From positions 85,686,001 through 85,750,000 of the forward strand of contig NC_058368.1 in NCBI RefSeq assembly GCF_018350175.1: a stretch of DNA of 64,000 nucleotides, in the 5' to 3' direction. This DNA comes from Felis catus (taxonomy: Eukaryota). The notes beneath the pieces were generated by a model, which saw nothing but the letters and a program-made list of their open reading frames with translations, was not told the DNA's origin and searched no databases. Within the stretch, counting starts at the first letter, position 1. Each line of letters starts with the position of its first letter. The position numbers were made by a program, and so were the translations under genes. Below are positions 13,821 to 27,070 of this stretch, in pieces.

Positions 13821-13934
13821 CTTTGGCTTTTCTGGAACACAGAAGTAGAACACAGGCTGTTATACCAATGGCCAAGAAAGACAGCGGAAGGGCAAACCCC
13901 ACTGCCCAAGGACAGTCCTTGGGGAACAAGTCAT
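13821..13934 (-). pseudogene. BTN-type transmembrane exon, frame intact (not in the ORF track)
   Basis: Boundaries are tttttttcag|AT GAC TTG TTC CCC AAG ... GCC AAA G|gtaaat. It is 114 nt, phase 1-1, and encodes DDLFPKDCPWAVGFALPLSFLAIGITACVLLLCSRKAK: a BTN-like FP..PW motif, a hydrophobic helix and a basic stop-transfer segment. Confidence 0.88.
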
Positions 13935-14049
13935 CTGAAAAAAATAGAAATCATTTCTCTTAGTGTCCAGCTTGGCATCAGGGGATTTGGCTACTGGGAA
14001 CAAATCACAAGATTTTGTTTTTTAGGTGATATTTTTTAGGAATGGTACA

Positions 14050-17000
14050 GAGAGGAGTTAAGATGGCAGAGCAGTATAGGAGCCCTGGGCTTGTCTCATC
14101 CCTGAAAACACAGCTATATCAGCATTAAACTATTTTAAAACTAATAGGAAATTAATCTGAGAATTTACATGACAATTTACATAATTTAAGCAGTGAATGC
14201 AGCTGGTACACGGTGTGGAGAGGTAAATTGGGGAGAGAAAAGCCGCAGAGCTGTGGAGGATAGGGAGCTATTTATGCAGAGAGAGGGCAGAAAAAGAGAT
14301 AAGAGGGGAGAATGTGGCACATCGGGATTGCTCAAGAAAAGTACTCTCCCCAATATAGTCGGAGAGAAAGAGAGATGAGTGAAAACACTTGCAGGGGACT
14401 GAACAAGAAATCTGTTTCCCAAAACCATTAATGGAAAGAAAGGAGAGAGTCTCAATACCACCAGGATTCTATAAACAGTGGAGCACAGAGTCTGAAGTTT
14501 TGGAGCTGAGTGCCTGGCAGAGCTCTGATGAGGAAGCAAGTTGAATTTTCAGGAGCCAGCACTGGGGTCTAGGGGATCCATGTGTGCATGGGGAGAAGTG
14601 GCTTCCCTGCTTGGAGAACATTTGGTAGAGGCCATACGGTCTACTCACAGGCAAAGGCCCCAGTGGACCCTGGAGAGAAGCCATGTTTGCTGGTATTGGG
14701 ACAAAGATGTCAGAGTACACTGAAACCTGGCTCTGGCTATGTGTTGTGATTTGCCATAATCTCTGGAACTCTGCTGCTGTGAGATTGCAGGAACATTTTC
14801 TGGGGCAAGCCGGCACCCAGCCATTGCTTACTGAGACCCTCTTCCTGAGAGGACAGATGGGTCAAAGCCAAAGTGGGGTGTAGAAATACATCCCCATCAG
14901 AGAAAAAAACTCTGGAGGGAGGTGCCAAATGGCAGGCAGACAGCTTGGACAGAGACAGAGTAGTGGCAGGGAGTGGATGGAGGCCTGAGACAAAGGAGAA
15001 GTGCTTGATCATAGGAGGGTGAGAGGGAGAAATTCCTGTGCCAGAGACTATGGAGCTGGGTGAAGTCATTTCCACCTCTCCCACACAAATGCATGCCAGA
15101 CACACTGGCCCACACTGGTAAGCTAAGGAGCACCACCTAGTGGAGAACGGAGTCATTATGCCAATCCCTCCCAACTGTGCCCTCCAGGCACACCCTCCCA
15201 GAAAACCAGTACAGCTTAGTCTCTGGACTATATAGTGCTTCAAAGTTTCATTTCTAGGGAAAACTGGATGCAACTTCATTCAAGTTTAATTGTGTTTGCT
15301 GGTTCATTTATTTATTCGTTTCTTTGCTTCTTTTTTGCTAAATTGTTTTCTTTTATTTTTCTTTTTTTTTTCTCTTCCTTTGATACAAAAAGTGTATTTT
15401 TTTCGTTTTTTTATTAAAATATTTTTATTCCATTTTATTTTATTCCATTTTACTATTTAAATATATTTTTTAATTTTTATTTTTTTCTTTCATTTCTCTT
15501 TTTTTTCTCTATTCTATCAAGCTTCTCTCAACAAGCAGACTGAAACATACCTAGGATCTAACTTCTGTTATTAGATTTTTTGTTTTCTTTTTAATTTTAT
15601 AATCTTTAATTTTATTAATTAATTTTCTTCCTTCAAAATGACAAGATGGAATAATTCACCCCAAAAGAAAGAACAGGAAGAAATGATGGCCAGGGACTTA
15701 AGCCTGATATAAGTAAGATTTCTGAACTAGAATTTAAAACCATGATTATAAGAATACTAGCTGAGGTTGAAAAATAAAAGCATTGAAGACACAAGATAAT
15801 CCATTTATGGAGAGATTAAAAAAACAAACCTAAAATCTAGTCAGCTAAAATTAAAAATGTTATAACTGAGATGCAATCTCAAATACATCCTGTGATGGCA
15901 AGGGTAGATGAAGCAGAGGAGTCAATAAGCGATATAAAAAAAATTATGGAAAATAATGAAGCAGAAAAAAAGAAAGAAACAAAGGCAAAAAGATCATGAT
16001 ACAAGACTTAGAGAACTAAGTGGCATTAAAAAGAAATAACATTAGAATTAGAGGTATCCCAGAAGAGGAACAGAGAGAAACAGTTGCAGACAATATATGT
16101 GAGTAAATTATAGCTGAAAACTTTCCTAATATGGGTAAGGACACAGACATCAAAATCCAAAAATCACTGAGAACTTCCATTAGATTAAAAAACAAACAAA
16201 CAAACAAAAAAACAATCATCACCAAGGCGTGTCATAGTCAAATTCACAAAATAGACAGACAAGGAAAGTATTATGAAAGCATCAGGGAGGAAAAAGGCCA
16301 TAACTTACAAAGGAAGATAGATCAGTTTTGCAGTAGATCTATCTATAGAAAATTGGCATGCCAGAAGGGTGTGGAAGGACGTATTCAATGTGCTGAATCA
16401 GAAAAGTATGCAGCCAAGAATTCCTTATCCAAGAAGACTGTCATTCAAAATAGAAGGAGAGATAAAGAGTTTCCAGACAATGAAAACTAAAGTAGTTCCA
16501 GAGCATTAAACCAGCCCTGCAAGAATTATAAAGGGGACTCTTTGAGTGGAGACAACACAAAAATGAAACAAAAATGAATTAAAAAGACCAAAAGCAACAA
16601 AGACTTGAAAGGACCAGAGAACACCACCAGAAAGAACAAGTGTACAGGTAGCACAATGGCACTAAATTCAAATCTTTCAATAATCATTCCAAATGTCAAT
16701 GGACTAAATGCTACAATAAAAATAAATAGGGTTACAGAATGATAAGAAAACCAAATCCATCTATGTGCTACCTACAAGAGACTCATTTTATACCTAAAGG
16801 CACCAGCAAATTTAAAGTGAGAGGATGGAGAAGCATCTGTCATGCTAATGGGCATCAGAAGAAAGACAGAATAGCCATACTTATATCAGACAAACTACGT
16901 TGTAAAACAAAGACTGTAAAAAGAGATGAAAAAGGCCATTAGATCATAAGATCTAACAATTGTCAATATTTATGTCCACAAATTGAAAGCACCCAAATAT

Positions 17001-17805
17001 ATGAATCAATTAACCACAGAATAAAGAAACTCATTGATGATGACCATAATAGTAGGGAACCAACACCCTGGTTACAGCAATGGACAGATCAGCTAAGCAG
17101 GAAATCAACAAGGAAACAATGACTCTGAATGACACATTGGGCCAGATGGACTTAACAAATATATTCAGAACATGTTACCCTAAAGCAGCAGAATACATAT
17201 TCTTCTAGAGTACACATGGAACGTTCTCCATACTGAGTCACAAATCAGCCCTCAACAAGTACAAAAGGATCAATATCATATCACACATATTTTTAGACAC
17301 AACACTATGAAAACTGAAATCAACCACAAGAAAAAAAAAATTTGCAAGGACCACAAATACTTTGAGATTAAAGAATACCCTACATAAGAGTGAATGAGTT
17401 AACCAAATATTAAAAAAGAAATTAAAAACTACATGGAAGCCAATGAAAATGAAAATATGGCAACCCTAAAACTCTGGGATGCAGCAAAAGCGTTAATAAG
17501 AGGTAACTATATAGCAATCCAGGCCTTCCTAAAGAAGGAAGAAATGTCTCAAATACACAACTGAACTTTACACATAAAGGACCAGGAAAAAGAACAGTAA
17601 ATAAAGCCCAAAACCAGCCCAAGAAGGGAAATAATAAAGATTTTAGCAGAAACCAGTGATATGGAAATTAAAACAAAAACAAAACAAACAACAACAACAA
17701 AAAAAACCACAACAATACAGTAGAACAGATCAATGCAACCAGGATCTGGTTCAATGAAAGAGTGACAACATTCATAAACCCTAGCCAGATTGATCAAAAA
17801 GAACA
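14050..17805 (+). mobile_element. LINE-1 5' half (5' UTR, ORF1 ~15638-16545, ORF2 endonuclease from ~16656), 3'-truncated
   Basis: Starts gaggagttaagatggc. ORF1-like MGKDTDIKIQ at 16131 and endonuclease CYLQETHF at ~16765. L1 similarity stops abruptly near 17805. Confidence 0.92.
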
Positions 17806-18433
17806 AGTATTCATTTTCATCCTTTCTCCTACAGTCCCCAAACTGGTTTTTCCATGTGTCCTTTCTATGCAATTATTTTCTATGTAAACATATATGTGAC
17901 CTTAACAATGTGCCAATATGACTAAGAAGCATGTGGAGCTTTTTTCTAAAGATTAAAGAAGAAATTGTGACATCTTGGATAATAAGGCAAACAGAAATCT
18001 AGGTTCTTGAGACAGAGATAATTTCAATTCACCATTTCTTTTATCTGTCAGCTAAGAACTGAAATCAGTAAAAATGATTGATATTTTCTCCATTTAATAT
18101 TGTTATTTCAAAAAGGTACTGACTGAGCCACCCAGAGGCCCCAAGATAACTGCATAATTTTTAATGGATGACCTCAAACATGTATGTATGTACATATAAA
18201 TATATGAGCATTTAAAAAAATATGTTATCACTATTCTGGTGTATGTGTTTCTTTCACATTTTCAACCTGAAGTTCTCTTTCTAATGATCTTAAACCAATG
18301 TGACCTCCCAAACTAAAGCACAATATAAATGACACTTAAAAGGTCATACAAATTTTAATTCATTTCTATGTACAAAAATATTTTGAGGCTCAGTATTTTT
18401 CTAAGTAATGGGGATATTAAAAATAGATATAGT

Positions 18434-18645
18434 GGGGGCACCTGGGTGGCTCAGTCGGTTATGCGGCCAACTTCGGCTCAGGTCATGATCTCGCGGTCCA
18501 TGAGTTCGAGCCCTGCGTTGGGCTCTGTGCTGACAGCTCAGAGCCTGGAGCCTCTTTCAGATTCTGTGTCTCCCTCTCTCTGACCCTCCCCTATTCATGC
18601 TCTGTCTCTCTCTGTCCCCAAAATAAATAAACGTTAAAAAAAAAT
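18434..18645 (+). mobile_element. Can-SINE
   Basis: Full body, flanked by the repeat atagatatagtg. Confidence 0.95.
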
Positions 18646-18654
18646 ATAGATATA

Positions 18655-19045
18655 GTGTCCTCAGGAGTTTATATTCATTCTGGAGAAATAGTGAAACATA
18701 CAATCAAAATAATGTATGAGTAAAAAGGGCACTTAACACGGAATGGGTTGAATAGGAAATTCTTAGTTACAGGTAAATAGAAGAAATGTGTCAAACAGTT
18801 TACATGGGGTATTACAGGAATGTGTTTAGAGAATTAATGTGGGGTAGGAGGGATTGGAGACAATAGAAAAGAACAGTGAAAGATGAAGTGGGACAGGTAA
18901 GAAAGGGCAAGAAATAAAGAGTGTTGTTGACAGCCTGCAAAACTTCAAATAAAGATATTTGCATATCCAGGAAGTTGGGTGAGATCATTTGGGCAAGCTA
19001 TTTCTTTGAAGAATCACTTTGGATATGGATAAGGAGTAGACTGGA
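18655..19045. mobile_element. Probable LINE-2 relic
   Basis: tgtcctcaggagtttatattc...tttgaagaatcactttgg resembles L2 3' region; highly diverged. Confidence 0.45.
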
Positions 19046-19074
19046 ATGTCTGAGCTCTTCTCTACCTGTGATAT

Positions 19075-19200
19075 TAATTTTATGAGGTAGACTATGATTA
19101 TCCCAATTTAACTGATGAAAACTGAGCACAGACAGGTCAATACTTACCAAAGACCATGAAGCTGCTAAATGGCACTGTCAGGATTCAAATTCAATTTGAA
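19075..19200 (-). mobile_element. MIR SINE fragment
   Basis: attatcccaatttaactgatgaaaactgagcacagacaggtcaatactt is the reverse-complement MIR core. Confidence 0.8.
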
Positions 19201-19525
19201 AGATGGGAGAAAACAGAAAATTGTGAAAATAAACTTTCTCTAGGCAGTAGGATTAGGAGAAATTTAGGAGGAACTTTGAAAGTTTCTTCAAAAACTTTAT
19301 TAACTTTTGAATACTTTTGTGCACTGATATATTCATTTATATAAAGTAGAATGATGACATTTCTACCACAAGACAAAATATTAATTTTTCCAAGTTCTCC
19401 ACATTGAGAGTTAGAAATGGATAAACTAGAATATTCTTCTAGGTCTGTCAGTCATAGCTCCTTGCCAGTAAGACCTTCATGATCAGCATTGATCACTCAA
19501 GATACTGAGTTTGGAGGAAACTGAC

Positions 19526-19803
19526 CTGTCATGGAGATATGCACCTCCTTCTCCACACTATTAGGTTCCTTATAACACAGGACACATCTGCTCTTGAACT
19601 TGTATTCACTGTGATAGATGATTCCACATGAAACAGCCCATTTTCTTCTATTCTCTTTGTCTCAGAGGCTGGTGCCAAGCGCAATCCTTGAAAGTCCCTC
19701 CATTGTACTTCAGGCTCTGGAAACCACCGCATGGATCTGCAGGTCAATTTAATGCCCCTCTTACTGCCAGGCTGTAGATGAATATGAGGAGCCGTACCTG
19801 GAA
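19526..19803 (-). pseudogene. BTN-type IgC exon, disabled
   Basis: Boundaries are caag|TT CCA GGT ACG GCT CCT ... ATG ACA G|gtcag. It reads PGTAPHIHLQPGSKRGIKLTCRSMRWFPEPEVQWRD...NGLFHVESSITVNTSSRADVSCVIRN, shifts frame, then reads SVEKEVHISMT. Length is 278 nt against the usual 282. Both Cys and the WFPEPEVQW motif are retained. Confidence 0.92.
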
Positions 19804-20197
19804 CTTGGACAGCCAAAGAGAGACAGAGAAAGTAAGCATTTGCAAGAGTTTTGTTGCCATTTTACCTTTTATTTAACTTCTATGAAAATAAATTTTCTTA
19901 TTTATAAAAGCAGTAGTTAGAAGAATAACTAGCCACAAAGAACTTTGCAGGAAAAAATCACAAGTATTAACATTTAACAAAACACCCACATACCAAGCAT
20001 GTCTATATTAATTGTTCTATTTTACTACCTCCCAGCTGAAACGTTACTATTTTATCTGATGATTTTTGAAGCTGTTGGGTAGAACATCCTACCAATACAT
20101 TTGCAGCCTCTAAAGTTAAAGGAGCACTTCAGTTGGTGGTTTTCTGTAGCAAATTGCTAGTTATTTTCCAAATGTATTTTAAACCTTAATTTAAAGA

Positions 20198-20417
20198 ATT
20201 TTTTTTTCATTTTTTACATTTATTATTTTGAGAGAGAGAGAGAAAGAGAGCATGGGAGGGATAGAGAGGGAGGGAGACACACATTTTGAAGCAGGCTCCA
20301 GGTTCTGAGCTCTCAGCACAGAGCCCAATGCAGGACTCAAACTTTCAAACAGTGAGAACATAACCTGAGCTGAAGTCAGATGCTTAACTGACTTGACTGA
20401 GCCATCCAGGCACCTCC
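20198..20417 (-). mobile_element. Can-SINE
   Basis: (GA)n and reverse-complement head. Confidence 0.92.
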
Positions 20418-20933
20418 TTAAAGAAGTTATTATACAGCTACCAATTTGGATTGAATATTTTGAGGAATAATATAAGTTATAACTATACATAGGCCAGTGT
20501 AGTTTAAGACTGTATATTACAAACCCCCTCATAATTAGGAGTGGCCTTGATATGCTGGTGGAAGTGTTATGAAAGGGAAATTATTTGTGTGCCTTCTAGA
20601 ATATTTCCCTCAGTGAAAGGAGATACACTTATTTTTTCTCCCTCTCAAGGGCTGGAGCACAGAAAGTGCCTGTGTGTCATCTTCAAAAGTGAATTATGTG
20701 GATATGGCAAAATATCAAGATAAAAGAAATATGTAAACCTCACAGTGTGTACCCACTCTTCCAGCTCCAGCTCCTTTCTCCCTGTAGCTCAGAAGAAAAG
20801 AAACTCTGGTTTAAGCTACTATATATTGCAGTTCATTGAATAGGTGTGTAGCATTCCATACATTTCTATGTATAGTAACTAATACAGTCTATAACAAAAG
20901 AAAATATATAATTTACTGGGAAAGGCCTATCCT

Positions 20934-21358
20934 TGTTTTGGGTTGAATTTTGTCTTCTGATAAGATATTTTCAAGCTGTAACTGCCAACATTGGTGCCCT
21001 TATTTGGTTACCATTCTGTATATGCAATTAGTAAAGATGAAATTATACTGGAATTGGTGGGTCTTATTCCAAAATGATTGTGATCTACATAAAAAGAAAG
21101 ACATTTGGATACAGAGACACAAGGAAATTGGCCCTGTGAAGATGGAGGCAGACATTGGAAAGACCCCAAGAAAAGCCAAGGAATGTCTGAGGCCACCAGA
21201 AGCTGGAAGAGGCAAGGAACAATTCTCCTTAGATGCTTCCATGGGTCCATAACCCTGATGACACCTTGATTGTGGACTCTGGTCTCCAGAACTGTGAGAA
21301 AATAAATTTCTGTTGTTTTCAGGCTATCCAACTTGTGGTAATTTGTAATGACAGTCCT
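20934..21358 (+). mobile_element. MaLR solo LTR (MLT1-type)
   Basis: Contains gtgaagatggaggcagacattgg, ccaccagaagctggaagaggcaagg and ctccagaactgtgagaaaataaatttctgttgtttt. Confidence 0.9.
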
Positions 21359-21564
21359 TCTATGAAATTGATGAAGGAAAATTGTCTAATGTCATCTGAT
21401 ATTGCATGGATGGTCAGATCTCAAAGAAACACCATGAGGTGACTAGTAAATAGTGTGTCAGGCTAGTGATGACTTAGATGGCACAATGATACCCTCCAGT
21501 GCCAGTAATGATACATGGTATTTTCAGAATACAATGGCTTTGAGGATCAGTAGAGCATCAGGTG

Positions 21565-21735
21565 TGAGGATAAGCTCTTGAGTCAAAAGATTATACTTGT
21601 ACTTGCTGGGACTAGCGACCCAGTGTATCTAATGACTCAATCTCTCTGTGCCTCCATTCCCTTTTTGCAAAACCAGGATAAAAAGAGTCTCAATTCACAT
21701 GATTTGTGTAAAGATTACTCCATATAAAGTGCTTA
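21565..21735 (+). mobile_element. MIR SINE fragment
   Basis: ctcaatctctctgtgcctccattccctttttgcaaaaccaggataa resembles the MIR core. Confidence 0.7.
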
Positions 21736-21809
21736 CTGGGTTGTAAAAATAAATATTATTCATCTTTTTAAATTATATATATATACATGTATATATATAT
21801 ATTAAAAAT

Positions 21810-21851
21810 AGGTTTGCATATTTTGGGAGAGAGAGAGAGCAGAGGGCAGGC

Positions 21852-21896
<45 letters not shown>

Positions 21897-22020
21897 CCCA
21901 GGCAGGCTCTGTGCTGTCAGCATGAAGCCCAATGCAGGGCACGAACTCACACACTGTGAGATCATGACTTGATCTGAAACCAAGAGTTGGATGCTTAACC
22001 GATGAGCACCCAGGCACCCC
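21810..22020 (-). mobile_element. Can-SINE
   Basis: (GA)n and gagatcatgact...caggcacccc. Confidence 0.92.
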
Positions 22021-23264
22021 AACATTGTTTATCTTAAAGAAGTAATTAATAAAGAATACAAATAAAAGAAATATTTCATTTGCTGGGATCATTTCACTTG
22101 AAAAGCCATCCCATTGTATTTCATGTATTTAGGCTACCTGCTAAGAGTTGAAGGGAAATGTGATTTTGGATGGGCATTTTCTAAAGACAGGATTATAGTT
22201 AGCAGGCCCTTGTAGAAACACAATAAGTGTTTATTTCATTTATGATTTTTTGGAGAGAGAAGAGTAAAGTTGTACTTTGAATTATGCCATTCTTTTTGTC
22301 TTATTAAATGTTGGGGCTAAGGGTAGAACACAACTTTTGGATCCAGTATCAATTAAAAATAGGAGTGGGAATTAGGGGTGATGAGTATGGATAATTTTAC
22401 AGGCTTCAAACATGTATTCCATGTGTTGCTTTGGCCATTAATGTTGTCTTATGAATGATCAAGTCAGGACTGAAGGATCAAAGTGGAGAAAAGACTGTCA
22501 GTAAGAGAGGAAAATAGGTCACCATAATTCTCCTACTATTGTGCATTTCTAGCTGGCATACTTGAGGCCTGGATAGTTTCTGATACAGCACAGGCTGACT
22601 TTAATACATTCTTTACCTATTTGAGAGTCTGGAATTTTTATTGTCTTATGACCATGGCAGGGAGAGAAATCCCATAGTTTTCACCATTATGAGACCATCT
22701 GATTGTGTCACCTAATATAAGTGCCTTCAATTTTATTTCCTATCTCTTAGAAAATATTTTGGTTAAGTTTTCAACCTATATTTGTGGTTGCCCTAATAGT
22801 TATTGATTGATGGATTTGCTTACCTGTACTCTATAAGTGTCAAACTAGTCAGATAATAGAGGGCAGTGATGCTTATTGATTTCACGTAAAATTTAATATA
22901 GGTGTTTATTGAAGTTGTGGGTTCTGCAGAATTTTTTTTACCCAGAACCTTCTAGATATATAAAAAGAATAGGGAATGAGTTAAATCTGTTTTGATTCAA
23001 GATATAGAAGAATCCTTTCTCAAGGAGATAGTATAGGACCGTGAAGCTGCCTGCAATGACTGCCACTTCTTTTAGGAACTGATTAGTAACTCTGGGGAAA
23101 ATGTCACTCCTCCAGGAAGGAAAAATACATCAAAGAAATGCATGCCAGAAATCACAGTAACTAAGGAAGTCACAGGAAAATATGAGGTATCCAGCTAGAG
23201 AAAATGAAGAACTTGGTCTGAAGATCTGGCACAAATGAAAACTACAAGGCCAGATAGCACCAGA

Positions 23265-23889
23265 TGATTAAGGAGCATAAGGCAAGCTGACAGGGTGAAA
23301 CCCCAGTCCCCCCCACACACCAGGTGGGATATGTGTGATATTCCTCAATTACCCCTGGATGCCAAAAAAGAAAAAAAAAGGAAAGGGACAAACAAATATT
23401 TAACTGATAGAGATCATAGTCCTTCAGGATTTAAGTCTCCATCACTTCTCCATAGTGATGTGGGAAACAAAGGCAGAAGGAAATGGCAGATAGAACTAAG
23501 TTACCTTATAACCTGCAGCCTATTGACAAATACTTGGGGCTGGCAGAGTAAAAGGTTTCTCTAGGAACTCCTTTCTGTCTTAATGTTAATGCTTTGCTAG
23601 AGGGAAAAACAACCTTAGCCTGACAATAGCTAGGCCTCCAGTATCCTGTGAGTCTTCTTTAGCATATGAAAATCTCACTGGAAACTTTCCCTGGACTCTA
23701 CCTTCCCCAGCTCCATAGTATATAACCAGTGTCTCTTCATGGTCCCAGCACATCTCTTTCTGACCATGGGTCCTGTCCCCGTGCTTTAATAAAATTACCT
23801 TTTCACACCCAACACGTCTTCAAGATTTCTTTCTTGGTCATTGGCTCTGGACCTCATGAACCCCACTATCATGCCAAAAAAGCTCATCA
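23265..23889 (+). mobile_element. ERV solo LTR (ERV1-like), 625 bp
   Basis: TGAT...ATCA termini flanked by the direct repeat ccaga (23260-23264, 23890-23894). TATA-like gtatataacc at ~23718 and aataaa at ~23788. Confidence 0.88.
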
Positions 23890-25064
23890 CCAGACACTAC
23901 ATTGCAGTGATACGGTATTGGGCATAAAGGGATCCTTCCCAGGAATAACTACAGAAGGTCATGGATAATTCAACTGGAGGAGGTAAGAGGATTGAATTGT
24001 ATAGGACTTTATTTTTCTGATCTATAATAAATGAGGATAGTAGATTCAAAAATTATATGACTCCCATATAATCAACAAAATGTGGTAGAAAAAGCAGCCC
24101 ACCTACATTTAGGGAGCACAGAAGTAATTTGGGGGGAAAATTCTGGATTCCTACAAATTTAGTTGTGATTACTTATTATCTCAATATTTATATAAAAGTT
24201 TGTATTATAATAGGCCAAAGGGTGACACAACTTCTTAAGAATTCAGAAGTACATCTCTTTTTATTAATTTTGAATGTGAAATTTTTATACGAAAATTTTT
24301 TACTTAGTTGGAATATAAAATCCACATATTTCTACTGCCTATACTGAACAAGAGAAAGGGAACCAAATTTCTTTGAGTGTTGTGGGGCTTCTGGGCTTCA
24401 TAAAAAGATGGGTAGAATTCAAGGGTATTATTTGTAATATTTTTCCACATTGTAAATTAAAGAAGTTGGCACAGGCTTTCTCATAGTTTTATTAAAAAAA
24501 ATGTGCTTGGTTAGGAAACACCACTTTTCTTGCATATATGATTGGGAAAAATCAATAAAAAGATGCATTAGAAAACTTCATGTTCTTGAAATAAAAGGTT
24601 GTAAAGGAGATTCTAGAAATCCCGTCAACAAATTAACAATTGTTGAAGCTCAAAACAAGGATGTCACACTAAGAATGAGAAAGACCACATGTGATTGGAC
24701 TATTCCCAGGGTGGGCAGCAGCAAGGTGCAGAAAACCTAGCCTGAGGGCAGGCTGCTCAGATTCTTTCTGCCTCTTTTTAGCTCCTTCTGAGAGTTAGAA
24801 GATAGTAAGAATCATTTCTGGGTGTCTTCTCCATTGAACATGTGGGAGATTCAAGAGAGAAGCATCAAAGGAAAAGACTTCAAAGAAGAAGGGCTGGAGA
24901 AGGTGCAAGGCCTTAGGATATGTTTACACAGCTGAAAGCAGCTGAGGCACATAAGGAATGCCTAGAGCCACTAGCATCATCCAGGGCCAGATCTTCCTTC
25001 ACACCTGACCCTTCCTAGTGTTATAGAAGCCAATTAACTCTAAATTCAACCTTTGAGTTGAATT

Positions 25065-25285
25065 TGAGGAAGAGAGAGGGGGAGAGGGGAAGAGGGGGAG
25101 GGAGATAGAGAGGGAGAGGAAGAGGGGAGAGGGGAGGAGGAGAGGGAAAGGGAACAGGGAACTGGGTAGGTGGCAGACAGTGAGGGACAGAGAGAGAATC
25201 CCAAGCAGGCTCTGCACTTACAGCCAAAACCTGAGCCAAAACCAAGATTTCACACTTGACCAACTGAGCCACCCAGGGTTCCTGG
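25065..25285 (-). mobile_element. Can-SINE (degenerate) abutting a short L1 fragment (~25285-25395)
   Basis: gagagaatcccaagcaggctctgca...ctgagccacccagg. Confidence 0.8.
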
Positions 25286-25845
25286 GAAAAATAAGGTTTA
25301 CATGCAAAATGCAAAATCTTACACCATACATAAAAATTAGCTACAGTTGGGTTAAAGATTTAAATCTAGGACCTGAAACTGTAAAACTCCTTAGCTTGAA
25401 AAGCTAAACCATTAAATTGATTAACACACTTGCTTAGCTGACTTTATGTGCATAGTCTTTAGCAATTATCCTAATGAAAAGAAGATTCATTCTGGAGTCA
25501 GGGCCTCATTCCAACTTGAATTTGAGAACCTTTACTTAACTGCACTTTGTTTGAGAACTCATCTTTTGTGACTCAGGCCATACACCCTGCAACAAGAACA
25601 TACTATAATCCCTATTCTTTCTTTTCTTTGAAATAATTGTGTTGATAAAGAAAAGATGAAAATGTGTATCACTACCACCCAAGAATGTTGGGACACTGAT
25701 TAAATTAGATTTACATATTTAACTTTCTTGGCAGTAAATAGTGTTTGTATAGATTTACCCATCTCTATCCATATACACCAATATTTTAGACTGCTGATGG
25801 AAAAATAATACAATTTGTGTAAGAGTTTTCATTGAAGAGACTCAC

Positions 25846-26195
25846 CTGTGACCAATAATTTGAATTTTGCTTCATTGTAGAAAGTGGAGCTTTCAAAGAA
25901 ATTTGTATAATCCCCACCATCGGAAGGTTGGATAGGAGGGATCCTTAAGGCAACATGACCTTTGGTAATATTCTCCTTCAGGAATTCTGTCCTCCCTTGG
26001 TACTCTGGCACCTGCTGCTCCAAATGATCCCGGAAATTCCTATATTGATGCACCAGGCCTGAAGGATAATTTTGAAGAATAATCTCACTTCCATGTTCTG
26101 AGCATCCATTGATGGGCTGAGGTGATAGGAAACCACAGCCTCTTCCCCAACCAAGGCAATGACTGGTGTTCTTGGTCCCATTACCTGGAATTGTC
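25846..26195 (-). pseudogene. BTN-type IgV exon, disabled
   Basis: Boundaries are tccag|GA CAA TTC CAG GTA ATG GGA CCA ... TTG GTC ACA G|gtgag. It reads GQFQVMGPRTPVIALVGEEAVVSYHLSPSMDAQNMEVR, shifts frame, then reads GLVHQYRNFRDHLEQQVPEYQGRTEFLKENITKGHVALRIPPIQPSDGGDYTNFFESSTFYNEAKFKLLVT. Length is 350 nt against the usual 348. The B-strand Cys is now Y, the F-strand Cys is now N and the C-strand Trp is lost. Confidence 0.93.
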
Positions 26196-26961
26196 CTGGA
26201 AATAATTTTTAAAACAATGGAATCAACACTGAGACCTTGAAAAGCATGGTTGTGAGCATCTGGTCAGTAAAAAAATTAGACCAGTTTAATTAACATAGCA
26301 AGCTGTAGCCAGTTAATGAACAGATTTAAAATAAAGATGCTCAAATACACTGTTAGCATAAGGGACAATACAGGACATGATGCCAATGTTCAACACTCAT
26401 AGGTACTTAACCAAAATTTAATTGTGCTTTCTTTTTTCCTAGGATTGGATTTCAAATTATATAAATCTCATTGTGTGTGTCTTATAAAAATTCCATGTAT
26501 TATAAAATATAATCATCGTTTAACATACGAGAATATTGAGTCAGTCAATAACTAATGATTGATTTAGTGATTAATAAATTGAGTGAGTGAATGATAAATT
26601 GCCACTAAATACTTAATTAGAAAGGCAAGGGATTAAATTCTGTTAGTAATACCCAATGTTTCCTTGCTTTAAACCATGTATTTTCTAATACAATATAACC
26701 TATAATGAAATATAATGTGAAATATTAAAATTAAGTGTTTATGTTAAGAAAACTTAGAACACTATATATCATAGTTTCCCATTTTAGAACATAAGTATGA
26801 GATCCTGTGTACAACATCAATTTCCTAGAACATTACTGTAAATTCTGAGTATAGGCATAACAAGTAACCATAGGTTAAATACCAATCTTAAAAAATAATT
26901 TCTACCTGGTGTAAATCTTTTAGAGAGCTACATAATATTTTTTCCAATATTGAAATTCAAA

Positions 26962-27021
26962 TATTTATTTTTAACGTTTAATTAATTAATTAATTTATTT
27001 ATTTTGAGAGAGAGAGAAAAA

Positions 27022-27070
<49 letters not shown>

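Noticed and set aside
14186..15279. Cluster of 60-180 aa ORFs in a GC-richer segment
   Set aside because: They fall inside the L1 5' UTR and show no recognisable protein similarity.
22600..22960. Several tiny AG...GT micro-exon-like segments on the minus strand (7-12 nt)
   Set aside because: They lie between IgV and IgC where BTN genes have no micro-exons, have inconsistent phases and are expected by chance.
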